Made by a program: the position numbers and the translations under genes
Shown here: positions 1-8,294 of the stretch, in pieces
Layout: every line of letters begins with the position of its first letter
Position numbering within the stretch: the stretch's first letter is position 1
Assembly (NCBI GenBank): GCA_964611525.1
Contig: CAZTAL010000160.1
Span: forward strand, 1 to 17,178
Source of the DNA: an uncultured Prolixibacteraceae bacterium
GTDB lineage: Bacteria; Bacteroidota; Bacteroidia; Bacteroidales; Prolixibacteraceae
Direction: 5' to 3'
DNA length: 17,178 nucleotides
Notes under the pieces: model-generated
The model's database searches: none
What the model was told of the DNA's origin: nothing
The model's input: the letters and a program-made list of their open reading frames with translations, nothing else

Positions 1-1
1 C

Positions 2-538
2 CTATATTCTAGGTCTTCTTTTTTCAAGTTCCCTATCTAATAACATATTTAAAAAAGCTGTTGGTTGTAAAAAATAGTTTGCGTTATCATCAAGTTTCTC
101 TTTAATTAGAGTCAAGCCACCATTAGTATATGACTCCATGGTATTAATAAGCTGTTTTACTACTTCATCTTCTGACAACTCGCCTTTTTCAAGTGCAATT
201 AAATCAATATCAGTTTTCGCTATTAATGCACTAAAAATATATTCTTGTAGGTGAGTAAAATCTTTTCTGTCTAACCTGTTTTTACTCCCCCAATATTGAA
301 TATGATGACTAAAGTCTGTTTTCTTTTCACCCTGAGGAATTGGCGAAAACTCATCATTATATAGACCAAGAAAAAAAGCAAACATATATAGTTCGTAATT
401 TGTACTAAAATGTTTACCTAAACTAATTTTCTTTTCACCTTCAGCCCCATACTTTTGTGATAATGATTCAAATAAATCTTTGAATCTCTCACTGTATCGA
501 GGAATACGTGTTTTCCATTTATCAAACAAACTATTCAT
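2..538 (-). CDS. Hypothetical protein, N-terminal 178 aa only; the C-terminus lies beyond the left edge of the window. It is the last visible gene of the putative defence operon.
   Basis: ORF with ATG at 538..536, starting 2 nt after the stop of the upstream ATPase gene (541..543) on the same strand. No motif recognised. One R-x4-H (RKDFTH) is present, but that is not significant alone. Confidence 0.5.
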   Translation of the reverse strand: MNSLFDKWKTRIPRYSERFKDLFESLSQKYGAEGEKKISLGKHFSTNYELYMFAFFLGLYNDEFSPIPQGEKKTDFSHHIQYWGSKNRLDRKDFTHLQEYIFSALIAKTDIDLIALEKGELSEDEVVKQLINTMESYTNGGLTLIKEKLDDNANYFLQPTAFLNMLLDRELEKRRPRI

Positions 539-540
539 AG

Positions 541-2682
541 CTAAAGCCTGATTACATTAGTATTAATTGTACTTAATTTATTTTTATCGAATGGTCTTTC
601 TCTTTTTATCCAGAAAGCTTGATGTCTCTTGACATCATTAAATTCTGGTTTAATTGCCTGATTACCATCTTTATCTTTTACAATAAAATCATAAAATAGA
701 ATTATTCTTTGTTTACCGGTTTCATAAACCAAATTAAGGAAGTCTTTTGTTTTGGTTTCTCCAAATGATGATGTTGGTGCATCGAAAATCATAGGATAGT
801 TTTCATCATCTCTATTCTCAGAAGCTAATTCTGATATCGCAAACAATATAGCCATATGCATAGATGTTTCTAAAGATTGGTTTGGACTTGAAAACAGTTT
901 ATTATCCTCATGTAATTCAATATCAACATAAAACTGTTCACTCATTTTCTTTTTAATGAATACTATTTCACCAGTAAAATCATCTATATTTATCTTTTGG
1001 AATATAATATTTGATTTCTTTTGCAATTGATCTATAAATTCATTGTACTTCTTTTCTTTGGTATCTTTAAAAACTATTTCTATATCGCGTAATATTCTTC
1101 TTGTATTGATCAGAAAATTATTTGCGCTATTAATATCAATTTTATCTTTCTCATCATTTAGATTTTTAAGTATCTGTTCAATTTTCAGTAATTTAACTTT
1201 ATTCTCGTTTAATTCTCTGTTTATATTCTTACTATCTTTCTGCCAACCATTATAATTTTTTAATACATTAGAAAGTTTATCAGCACCGAGGGAAGAAGTT
1301 CCAATTATTCTATTTAGATCATTTTGTTCTTTTTCAAGTTTCTCATCCATTTCTTTTAATTCCTGTTTTCTTTTAGCTATAAAATCAAAAAAATCCGATA
1401 TCTCCTTTTTTTTTGATTTTAAACTTCCCAAGTTATCTTCATGAATAATACTTAAGTTGATTAATCGACTTAAATAGTCGTTTTCAAACAGTACTTTTTT
1501 CTGAGTTTCTTCTTTCAAATTAGGATTTTGGCTTTCAAGATATTGCGTTAATCTTTCTTCCATAAATTTCAGAGATTTCTCATCTAAATCCCTACCACAT
1601 ACTTTACAGAAGTTATCTTTTATCATTTCCTCCATATAGACTTTTGAAGGAACTCCGACCGGCAAAGGTATATAATCCTTTAGCTGTTCTTTAAGTTTTC
1701 TTTTCCCTTCCGCAATACCCGCCTGTTTATCAAATTCTTTTTGCAACTCTCTTTTCGTACTACTTAAATTTTCTATTTTTCCTGCAAATTCATTATGAAT
1801 GTTTTCAAAATTTAATAAGATCCATGATTCATCAAATAAATTTGTAGTATAATTCTCTACTACTCGCCTTTCAGTTATGGATATTTCTTCTTCAATTTTT
1901 TTAATTCTTCCTTTTACGGTATCAAATGCTTCTGCATTGTCAACAAATTTCTCAGCCTCTTGCAGATGCCTCTCGATTTTTCTCAAATGTTGTTCTGACG
2001 AATCAATAAAAATTTGAATCTTATTTTTTTGTTCTAATTGATATTTGATTTCTGCTTCAAGTCGGTTATATTCTCTTTGATTTTTTTGATTGTTTCGTGA
2101 ATCCTTATCTACTGCCTTCTCTGCTTCCGTTCTAAGATATTCCCCTTTCTTTGCGTACTTTTCGTAATATTTAGCGCTGGAAAATGAGTTTATCAAATTA
2201 CTTAAAGCGTCAACATTTTCAAAGATATTAAGTTCTGCTTCTCCTTTAAACATCGAATATCGCCTAATTTCATATGGGAAAATTCTATCTAAAAGCATGT
2301 AGCCATCAACTTGATCCCTCTCTCCGTCTTTGTTTTCCTCAATCCCTTCAACACTATAGTTTCTCGTCGAAATTTCACTATCGCTTTCTTTTGTTACAAG
2401 GAAGTATTTCGTAATAGTGATGTTTTCACCATACTGCTCTGCACTAATTAATACTCTCACTCTAAATTGACCACCGCTATAGCTTTCTTTTATCTTTTTT
2501 GCTGAAACTAAGGCTTCTAAGTTTTTATCATTTCCATTAAAAAGCCAAAATATTGCTTCAAAAAATTTTGTTTTCCCTTCGCCATTATCGCCTAATATGA
2601 TATTTAAACCGAGTTTCAAATCAAATTCATTAATATCATAGTAACATTGAAAATTTTCTAGAATTATCTTTTTAATAATCAT
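541..2682 (-). CDS. Coiled-coil ABC/SMC-type ATPase (RecF/SbcC/DndD-like, AAA_23-type N-terminus), 713 aa
   Basis: N-terminal Walker A GDNGEGKT (nt 2592..2569). There is a long K/E/L-rich central region typical of a coiled coil. At the C-terminus an ABC-like Walker-B/D-loop reads YPMIFDAPTSSFG (nt 792..760); compare the canonical hhhhDEPTSALD. The start ATG overlaps the stop of the upstream 76-aa gene (ATGA at 2679..2682). Confidence 0.8.
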   Translation of the reverse strand: MIIKKIILENFQCYYDINEFDLKLGLNIILGDNGEGKTKFFEAIFWLFNGNDKNLEALVSAKKIKESYSGGQFRVRVLISAEQYGENITITKYFLVTKESDSEISTRNYSVEGIEENKDGERDQVDGYMLLDRIFPYEIRRYSMFKGEAELNIFENVDALSNLINSFSSAKYYEKYAKKGEYLRTEAEKAVDKDSRNNQKNQREYNRLEAEIKYQLEQKNKIQIFIDSSEQHLRKIERHLQEAEKFVDNAEAFDTVKGRIKKIEEEISITERRVVENYTTNLFDESWILLNFENIHNEFAGKIENLSSTKRELQKEFDKQAGIAEGKRKLKEQLKDYIPLPVGVPSKVYMEEMIKDNFCKVCGRDLDEKSLKFMEERLTQYLESQNPNLKEETQKKVLFENDYLSRLINLSIIHEDNLGSLKSKKKEISDFFDFIAKRKQELKEMDEKLEKEQNDLNRIIGTSSLGADKLSNVLKNYNGWQKDSKNINRELNENKVKLLKIEQILKNLNDEKDKIDINSANNFLINTRRILRDIEIVFKDTKEKKYNEFIDQLQKKSNIIFQKINIDDFTGEIVFIKKKMSEQFYVDIELHEDNKLFSSPNQSLETSMHMAILFAISELASENRDDENYPMIFDAPTSSFGETKTKDFLNLVYETGKQRIILFYDFIVKDKDGNQAIKPEFNDVKRHQAFWIKRERPFDKNKLSTINTNVIRL

Positions 2683-2909
2683 ATGGCTGCTTCATTTAGA
2701 TACTGATTAATTATATTTCTTAAACCTGAGTCAGTAACTGAATTAGGTCCTTCCAAATTGTCCACAATCAGGGCTATGGCTTTAACGATAGGAATGTCAC
2801 TTATTAATGCATCATGAACAGTTTTCGGTAATAACTCCTTATCTAACTTATAATTACTTGCCAGTATTTCATGAGACAAAAAACTACATAAAATTTTATC
2901 CTTTCTCAT
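2679..2909 (-). CDS. Small hypothetical protein, 76 aa, sandwiched between the helicase and ATPase genes
   Basis: ATG at 2909..2907, 11 nt after the helicase stop. Its stop overlaps the ATPase start. No recognisable motif. The position is analogous to the small middle components of SMC-like defence systems, but that is inference. Confidence 0.5.
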   Translation of the reverse strand: MRKDKILCSFLSHEILASNYKLDKELLPKTVHDALISDIPIVKAIALIVDNLEGPNSVTDSGLRNIINQYLNEAAI

Positions 2910-2920
2910 AATACCTATAT

Positions 2921-5143
2921 TTATTGTTCTTCAAAATCATAAAGATTTAAATTATAATATTCTAAGATATTCTTTAATTCTTCATAAGTATCAATTTTAT
3001 TCATTGATAATGACGAGAAATCAACTATTCGTTCTAATTCTTTCTTAAATAGATTTCGTTCCATTTCAAAATTCTCTTGCTCCTTATCAATTTTAGGTAC
3101 TACAACTAAATCATGTATCGTAGAATGAACTTTATTTTTATGGAGTCTCAATACTCTGCCTCGTCTTTGAATAAATTGGCGTGGATTACCAGTACTAGCA
3201 CAAAAAATAGCTAATTCTGATCGTGGAACATCAACACCTTCATCCAAACATTTCATAGATGTAAGGACATGAATCTTTCCATGCTCAAAATCTTTTATAA
3301 CTTCACTTCTATTCTTAGTTCTTGCGGTATACTGTTTAACGAGAATGGATAAATCAATATCTCTTACTATTTTTGTGTACTCTCGGATCAGTTTTTCCTC
3401 ATTATCCTCTTCAATATATTCATCAGTCTTGGAATAATCAGGATCCTTACCCTCTGGTACGTAAATGAGCGTATATTTAATATTTCCTTTTCCCCTAAAT
3501 TCATTATTTAGGATTTCATTAAATATTGACTTTTTATTTCGTGCTTTGTGTATTATTCTTTTCCTCGCCAATAAAAGTGTTTCAACCTCCGGGCAGTCTT
3601 TATATTTACCAGTAGTTGAATCAATAAATTTCAGCAATTGGAAGGACTTTTGAATGTATTCATTAAGCTCATCATCATCTAAAGTAACAGTATGTGGAAA
3701 ATACTTGTATTTGCATAACCATCCCATTTTAAGAGCTTGTTTCATAGAGAAATTAAAAATATATGGTGCTTTATCATTGAAAAATTGATCAATTTTTATG
3801 TTACCTTCAATATCATATTTTCTTTCAGGAGTGGCTGACAAACCAATTCTTTTGTTCAAGTGTATTTTAGCAAGGAGTTTACTTATGCATGGTGCACCCA
3901 TGTTATGTAATTCATCAGCTATGAGGATTGTTTCTCTTGAGAACTGTTTAAAATGATTTTGAAATTTCTTTCGTACAAAAGAGGCATAAGTAATAATTAC
4001 AATGAAAGAAGCATTCACTAATTTATTTGCTGTATTAAAGAAGGATAACTCATCATTCCAATTCTCCTTTGAACTTATTTGGATAATATTTTTGAAATTA
4101 AATTTATAGCATTCCTTTTTCCATTGGTCAACTAAAGCTATAGTTGGAACCAGTATTACAGCTTTGTAATAATTTTGATCTTTGTACTCATTTAATAAAC
4201 AATTTAAAGATGTGATTGTCTTTCCTGTTCCTGTAGCCATTGCAAAAATGCCTCTTCTCCCGTTTTTCAACCATTTTTGATAAGCTTCTATTTGGTAGGG
4301 TCTTGGTCCATTCGGATATGGAAATTTTGGTTTCTGTTTCTCTTCTTTAACTTTTTTCTGAAAATCAGAGGCATATTTGAAAAAAATTTTTTTTATATAT
4401 GGAAGTCGGGAAAGTTTTTCATAAACATTTTTTTCATCTTCTACTAATTCATCTAACTGTTTATCTTTTCCGTTTTCTTCTATAACAGCAATAATTTGGT
4501 CCGGATTTAAATATACAAATCCTTCATCTTCCTTTGAGCATATTTTTTCAATGATTTTAGTATTATCTTTAACTTTTATCTTTTCAGAATTTTCTCCCCA
4601 GGAACGGGCTATTGAAAGACTTTCGCCATTATCAACCAATCCACGATAAGTAAAGTTACAACTTCCATTGAAATATACCTGATTGATTCCATCATTTAAA
4701 ATGCCCTGTTTGAAATGTGCTAAACGGTGTGGTTTAAGTTTTACTGGAATAATTATCAATCTGTTATGCCGTAATAAGTATTTTAAGCAATCAAAAAAAT
4801 GTTGATCACCTCTTTCAAGAATTTTTGCGAGTTCTTCTAACTCATTATTAATTATATATTTTATCTCCTCGTCCTGAACGTATGATTCTATTATGTCATC
4901 CGAAATCAGAAGTTTGTCTTTAATAGATAAGAAATGATTTGTGATAATTCTTAGAATACCACCATTTTGAATAAACTGTGCGAAACCGTAAGCCAGAGTT
5001 CTAATAGCATTTGAACTAAAATATCCAAGTTTTAAATCAATTTTTTTACATTCAGGTATCGTAAGCATAAAAAACTCTATCGGAAGATGGTTCCCGTCAG
5101 AACTATATTCTAAAGATTCAGAATATTTAATATTTGTAAGCAT
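2921..5143 (-). CDS. PLD-family (HKD) nuclease domain fused to an SF2 DExH/ResIII-type helicase, 740 aa
   Basis: N-terminal HKD motif HFKQGILNDGINQVYFNGSCN (nt 4717..4655), matching HxK(x)4D/N(x)6GSxN. Helicase motif I is AMATGTGKT (nt 4240..4217), motif Ia VLVPTIALVDQW, motif II ILIADELH, motif III GLSATP and motif VI QRRGRVLR. ATG at 5143..5141. Confidence 0.85.
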   Translation of the reverse strand: MLTNIKYSESLEYSSDGNHLPIEFFMLTIPECKKIDLKLGYFSSNAIRTLAYGFAQFIQNGGILRIITNHFLSIKDKLLISDDIIESYVQDEEIKYIINNELEELAKILERGDQHFFDCLKYLLRHNRLIIIPVKLKPHRLAHFKQGILNDGINQVYFNGSCNFTYRGLVDNGESLSIARSWGENSEKIKVKDNTKIIEKICSKEDEGFVYLNPDQIIAVIEENGKDKQLDELVEDEKNVYEKLSRLPYIKKIFFKYASDFQKKVKEEKQKPKFPYPNGPRPYQIEAYQKWLKNGRRGIFAMATGTGKTITSLNCLLNEYKDQNYYKAVILVPTIALVDQWKKECYKFNFKNIIQISSKENWNDELSFFNTANKLVNASFIVIITYASFVRKKFQNHFKQFSRETILIADELHNMGAPCISKLLAKIHLNKRIGLSATPERKYDIEGNIKIDQFFNDKAPYIFNFSMKQALKMGWLCKYKYFPHTVTLDDDELNEYIQKSFQLLKFIDSTTGKYKDCPEVETLLLARKRIIHKARNKKSIFNEILNNEFRGKGNIKYTLIYVPEGKDPDYSKTDEYIEEDNEEKLIREYTKIVRDIDLSILVKQYTARTKNRSEVIKDFEHGKIHVLTSMKCLDEGVDVPRSELAIFCASTGNPRQFIQRRGRVLRLHKNKVHSTIHDLVVVPKIDKEQENFEMERNLFKKELERIVDFSSLSMNKIDTYEELKNILEYYNLNLYDFEEQ

Positions 5144-5699
5144 TAATTCATTTAGTTTTATTTTTTGTTAAAAAAAGTATTCATTGGTGATGATAAAGTT
5201 AAAAATAAAAAACTGGAAGTGAAAATGACTTATTTACATAAATTTTACCTATAAATCTGATCTAGCAATTTAGGGTGCTATAACATTCACAACAACTAAT
5301 CACCCGGAAAACTTGTTATAAACAACCAGCAAAGACAATATTGGAACTTTAAAAGCAACATTCTTTGGTATTTAACGTTTACTATCACTGATAATCCCTT
5401 TCTTTAAAAAAGTAAAATATTAAAAGCTCTTTCTTTAATATTAGCTGCAACTTGTGGTTATATTCCGTTATTAAATAACTTGGTCATCCATTTATTTTAC
5501 TGTCGGTTGAAATTAATACCCCAGTCTTCGTTTTTCTCAAATAATCATCACTGAATTAATTCTCTATTGATTCACACTATTGTCACAGCTATTATTCAAT
5601 AAATCTAGGTTTCTTCGGATTGCCATTTGAAATTTTTCCACAATATATATAAAACGCATATTAAAAAGGACAAATTAAAAGTGGATACATAGAGACAAT

Positions 5700-6030
5700 T
5701 ACAGTTAGATAGCGACCCAAAAAAGGAACCGTCTCAGACAGCCCTTTTGGGGGTTAATCATCGAAGCTGATCTGCTGTTCGCATTCACGGATCCTGTCAT
5801 TGACCACGTTCTGCAAAGTATCCAAAACAGTGTTTATAACCAGTGAATGACTTGTCTTGAATTCCTGTCCGGTTAAGTCCTGGCACGCCGGTTAAATTTT
5901 GGTGGCCACCATTTGAGCCACGACGGATACGCGCAAGGGTGGATTCAGCCGTGATAACTAATTAATAGAGTTCATATATCCTTGCGCATTCCGGAGGGCG
6001 ATTAATAACTTTGCCGTGGTTTAAACGGAT
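5700..6030. other. GC-rich non-coding island inside an AT-rich intergenic region. It is either a degraded gene or mobile-element remnant, or a structured RNA.
   Basis: Composition jumps relative to the flanks. Short stop-bounded open frames lacking start codons occur on both strands, for example a 55-codon minus-strand frame of roughly 5790..5955. There is an 8-bp GC-rich inverted repeat, gcgcaagg at 5931..5938 and ccttgcgc at 5980..5987. A weak hairpin plus T-run lies at about 6013..6040, just before the promoter region of the 6109 gene. Confidence 0.3.
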
Positions 6031-6108
6031 TTTTCTTTTAAATAAAATATAAAAGCAATTATTCCACTTTAACAATTACCTTTAGAAAAGTTTTAATAAA
6101 AAAGATAA

Positions 6109-7590
6109 ATGCAGGTAAAAGTAAACAGAAAGGATGTCAAATTTTGTCCGGATGCATCCAGGATAATAGCGCGGTTTCTTTACACGGGAGATGAAAAAGC
6201 GCTTAATACCATCCGCTTGGTACTTGGCATGTCCAATAATATGGTATTACAAGCTTTAAGCCCCTTGCTGAGAGACTACTCGCTTCGTCACAGAAATATC
6301 TCAAAGATTTTTGAAAGGCATTTTAATAAAATCGCATATCTTTTAAAACAGTTAAATGTTGAACCCGAGTCACTCGACATATCCCAAAAAATACTTATCG
6401 GCTCTTATTTTACCATGGAGTATTCGATTGAATCAGCCGCTTTTTTTAACCCCTCGATTGTTGAACACCCTGATCAGGCGGAGATAGGTGCGGATGAAAA
6501 AAGAGTTATATTAAGTTTCAGAGCTACCGGTGAAGGACATATTTCATCCATAATTTTCAGAACAGGGGTATTGGATAAAAACAATAATCTTTCTATAGAA
6601 CCTGTCGGGAAGATGCTCGAAGAAGCAGTGCATATCCGTCGGCACTTATATGATAAATCATCCTTTAAAAGTAAGCTTAATGAAATGAAGGATATTCATC
6701 CAATTATCCCTTACGGTTTAATTATGGATAAGTTAAAAGATACATTTACTTATGGCGAACTTCGGGATTGTATTAAAGAAGCAAGAAAGTCATTGCATCT
6801 TACTGACGAGAAAGAAGTTTTGTTTAATCAGATTACCTGGCTGGCTTCGTCGCATTACGAACTTGAATTTTCTCTGGATACCAACATTTCTGAACGGGTA
6901 ATTTTTCCTGTATCAGCAAACGAAAAAAATGGAATTGAGGATGCCCGTTTCGTAAGATTCGTTGATGATAACGGGAAAATTAGATATTATGCAACCTATA
7001 CAGCATATGACGGTACCACTATATTACCAAAGATGCTTGATACTCCGGATTTTTATCATTTTCGGATATTGCCTATTCATGGTGAAATTGCTCAAAACAA
7101 AGGGATGGCACTTTTCCCGCGTAAAGTGAACAGAAAATACGCAATGCTATGCAGATTGGATGGCTTCAATAATTACATTGCTTATTCTGATAATATTTCG
7201 ATTTGGCGCAGAGCTACATTACTGCAACAACCAAAGTTTCCGTGGGAATTTATTCAAATCGGTAATTGTGGTTCTCCTATCGAAACGCCTGAAGGCTGGT
7301 TAGTTATAACCCACGGGGTTGGTCCGATGCGTGAATATAGTCTCGGGGCATCATTGTTTGACCTCCAAAATCCCGAAAAAGAGATCGGCAGGTTGAAATC
7401 ACCCTTATTATTCCCTAATACCAAAGAGAGGGAAGGTTATGTTCCCAACGTGGTTTATTCCTGCGGCTCCATGATTCATAATGGCGATTTAATAATTCCC
7501 TACGCCATGTCTGATTATGCATCAACTTATGCAACAGTTGATTTACGAGAACTATTGAATGAGTTGAAAAACTCTAAATATGAAAAATGA
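6109..7590 (+). CDS. GH130-family protein (beta-mannoside phosphorylase/hydrolase-like, DUF377 fold) with N-terminal extension and internal insertion, 493 aa
   Basis: The C-terminal two thirds match the GH130 pattern: FFNPSIVEH, GIEDARF (EDPRI-like), RYYATYTAYDG, NKGMALFPRKVNRKYAMLCR, NYIAYSDNISIW, IGNCGSPIETPEGWLVITHGV, SLFDLQNPEKEI, GYVPNVVYSCG, and the C-terminal motif PYAMSD, which corresponds to the YGAAD motif of characterised GH130 proteins. ATG at 6109 sits in an A-rich context. Confidence 0.75.
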   Translation: MQVKVNRKDVKFCPDASRIIARFLYTGDEKALNTIRLVLGMSNNMVLQALSPLLRDYSLRHRNISKIFERHFNKIAYLLKQLNVEPESLDISQKILIGSYFTMEYSIESAAFFNPSIVEHPDQAEIGADEKRVILSFRATGEGHISSIIFRTGVLDKNNNLSIEPVGKMLEEAVHIRRHLYDKSSFKSKLNEMKDIHPIIPYGLIMDKLKDTFTYGELRDCIKEARKSLHLTDEKEVLFNQITWLASSHYELEFSLDTNISERVIFPVSANEKNGIEDARFVRFVDDNGKIRYYATYTAYDGTTILPKMLDTPDFYHFRILPIHGEIAQNKGMALFPRKVNRKYAMLCRLDGFNNYIAYSDNISIWRRATLLQQPKFPWEFIQIGNCGSPIETPEGWLVITHGVGPMREYSLGASLFDLQNPEKEIGRLKSPLLFPNTKEREGYVPNVVYSCGSMIHNGDLIIPYAMSDYASTYATVDLRELLNELKNSKYEK

Positions 7591-8231
7591 GGAATCGTAT
7601 AGAAACAGAAAAGCGACAGTGGCTTGAAATTGGAGCAGTTATTTTAACTGGTTTAATGAAATATGTTTTTATGGACTGGCTGGAACTGCGCATTTTTTAT
7701 ATTGGTGTTGCCTGTTTATTCTGGACGATTTACATTTATAAAAGTTATCAGGATAATAAGCTGATTCTGCAACATTGGGGATTTCGAAAAGATTATTTTA
7801 AGAATGTTTTCCTGTTTCTCATGCCTTTTGCTCTGGTGATTATAGCAGCAATTCTTTGGTATGGTATTTCAATCAAAAAAATCACCCTTAACTGGCATTT
7901 AATTCCTGTATTTGTTTTTTATCCGCTATGGGGAATCATTCAGCAATTTTTAATAATGGCACTTGTTGCCGGAAATTTGCAGTCATTATCAGCAGTAAAA
8001 CTCAGGAAATACCAAATTATCCTGTTGATTTCAGTGTTATTTGCACTGGTTCACTATCCAAGTTTACCATTAATGTTATTTGTTTTTTTAATGGAGTTTT
8101 TATTTACCAGCGCTTATTTTAGATGGAGAAACCTTTGGCCTTTGGGCCTTTACCATGGGTGGGTGGCCAGTTTGCTTTTGTTTTTTGTGCTGGGTCGTGA
8201 TTTATGGAATGAACTATGGAAGGTATTCTAA
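7587..8231 (+). CDS. Polytopic membrane protein, 214 aa, with weak CPBP/Abi-like (CAAX-protease-fold) resemblance. It is translationally coupled to the GH130-like gene.
   Basis: ATGA overlap with the upstream stop (7587..7590). There are at least 6 hydrophobic helices. FALVH (FxxxH-like, H at 8052..8054) and LYHGW are present. The position where CPBP motif 1 (EExxxR) would lie reads IIQQF (7941..7946). The family assignment is tentative. Confidence 0.55.
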   Translation: MRNRIETEKRQWLEIGAVILTGLMKYVFMDWLELRIFYIGVACLFWTIYIYKSYQDNKLILQHWGFRKDYFKNVFLFLMPFALVIIAAILWYGISIKKITLNWHLIPVFVFYPLWGIIQQFLIMALVAGNLQSLSAVKLRKYQIILLISVLFALVHYPSLPLMLFVFLMEFLFTSAYFRWRNLWPLGLYHGWVASLLLFFVLGRDLWNELWKVF

Positions 8232-8294
8232 GAGATTTACCCTATTATAAGGTCGAATTCATATGTAGTTAATTCACTCAAATATGCTATAAGA

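Noticed and set aside
395-412. R-x4-H (RKDFTH) in the 178-aa partial protein as a possible HEPN RNase motif
   Set aside because: A single Rx4H occurrence is expected by chance in a protein of this size, and no supporting helical or HEPN context can be verified by eye.
1043-1255. ORF-track entries 1043..1255, 3465..3653, 7928..8122, 9938..10186, 11204..11398, 11725..12069, 12474..12788, 13502..13810 and 15966..16334
   Set aside because: All lie antisense to, or out of frame within, much longer ORFs that have clear domain content. Their products are low-complexity F/L/S-rich or shadow sequences. They are treated as spurious.
5416-5445. Inverted repeat of about 10 bp, aatattaaag and ctttaatatt
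   Set aside because: It is composed purely of A and T in a very AT-rich intergenic region, so chance occurrence is likely.
5730-5800. Partial resemblance to the TPP-riboswitch core (ctcaga ... agccctttt ... gaagctgatctg, compared with CUGAGA ... ACCCuuuGAACCUGAUCUGG)
   Set aside because: The invariant CUGAGA is CUCAGA here. The spacing between elements is about 15 nt too long, and the GGGGUGCC P2 start and the GCCAGCG element are absent. The downstream gene is unrelated to thiamine. It is recorded only as a reason to run cmscan.
5872-5890. aagtcctggc, resembling the RNase P RNA P4 segment AAGUCCGGGC
   Set aside because: There is a single short near-match without the flanking GAGGAAAG, the ACAGAA(C/A)CCGGCUUA element or other conserved helices.
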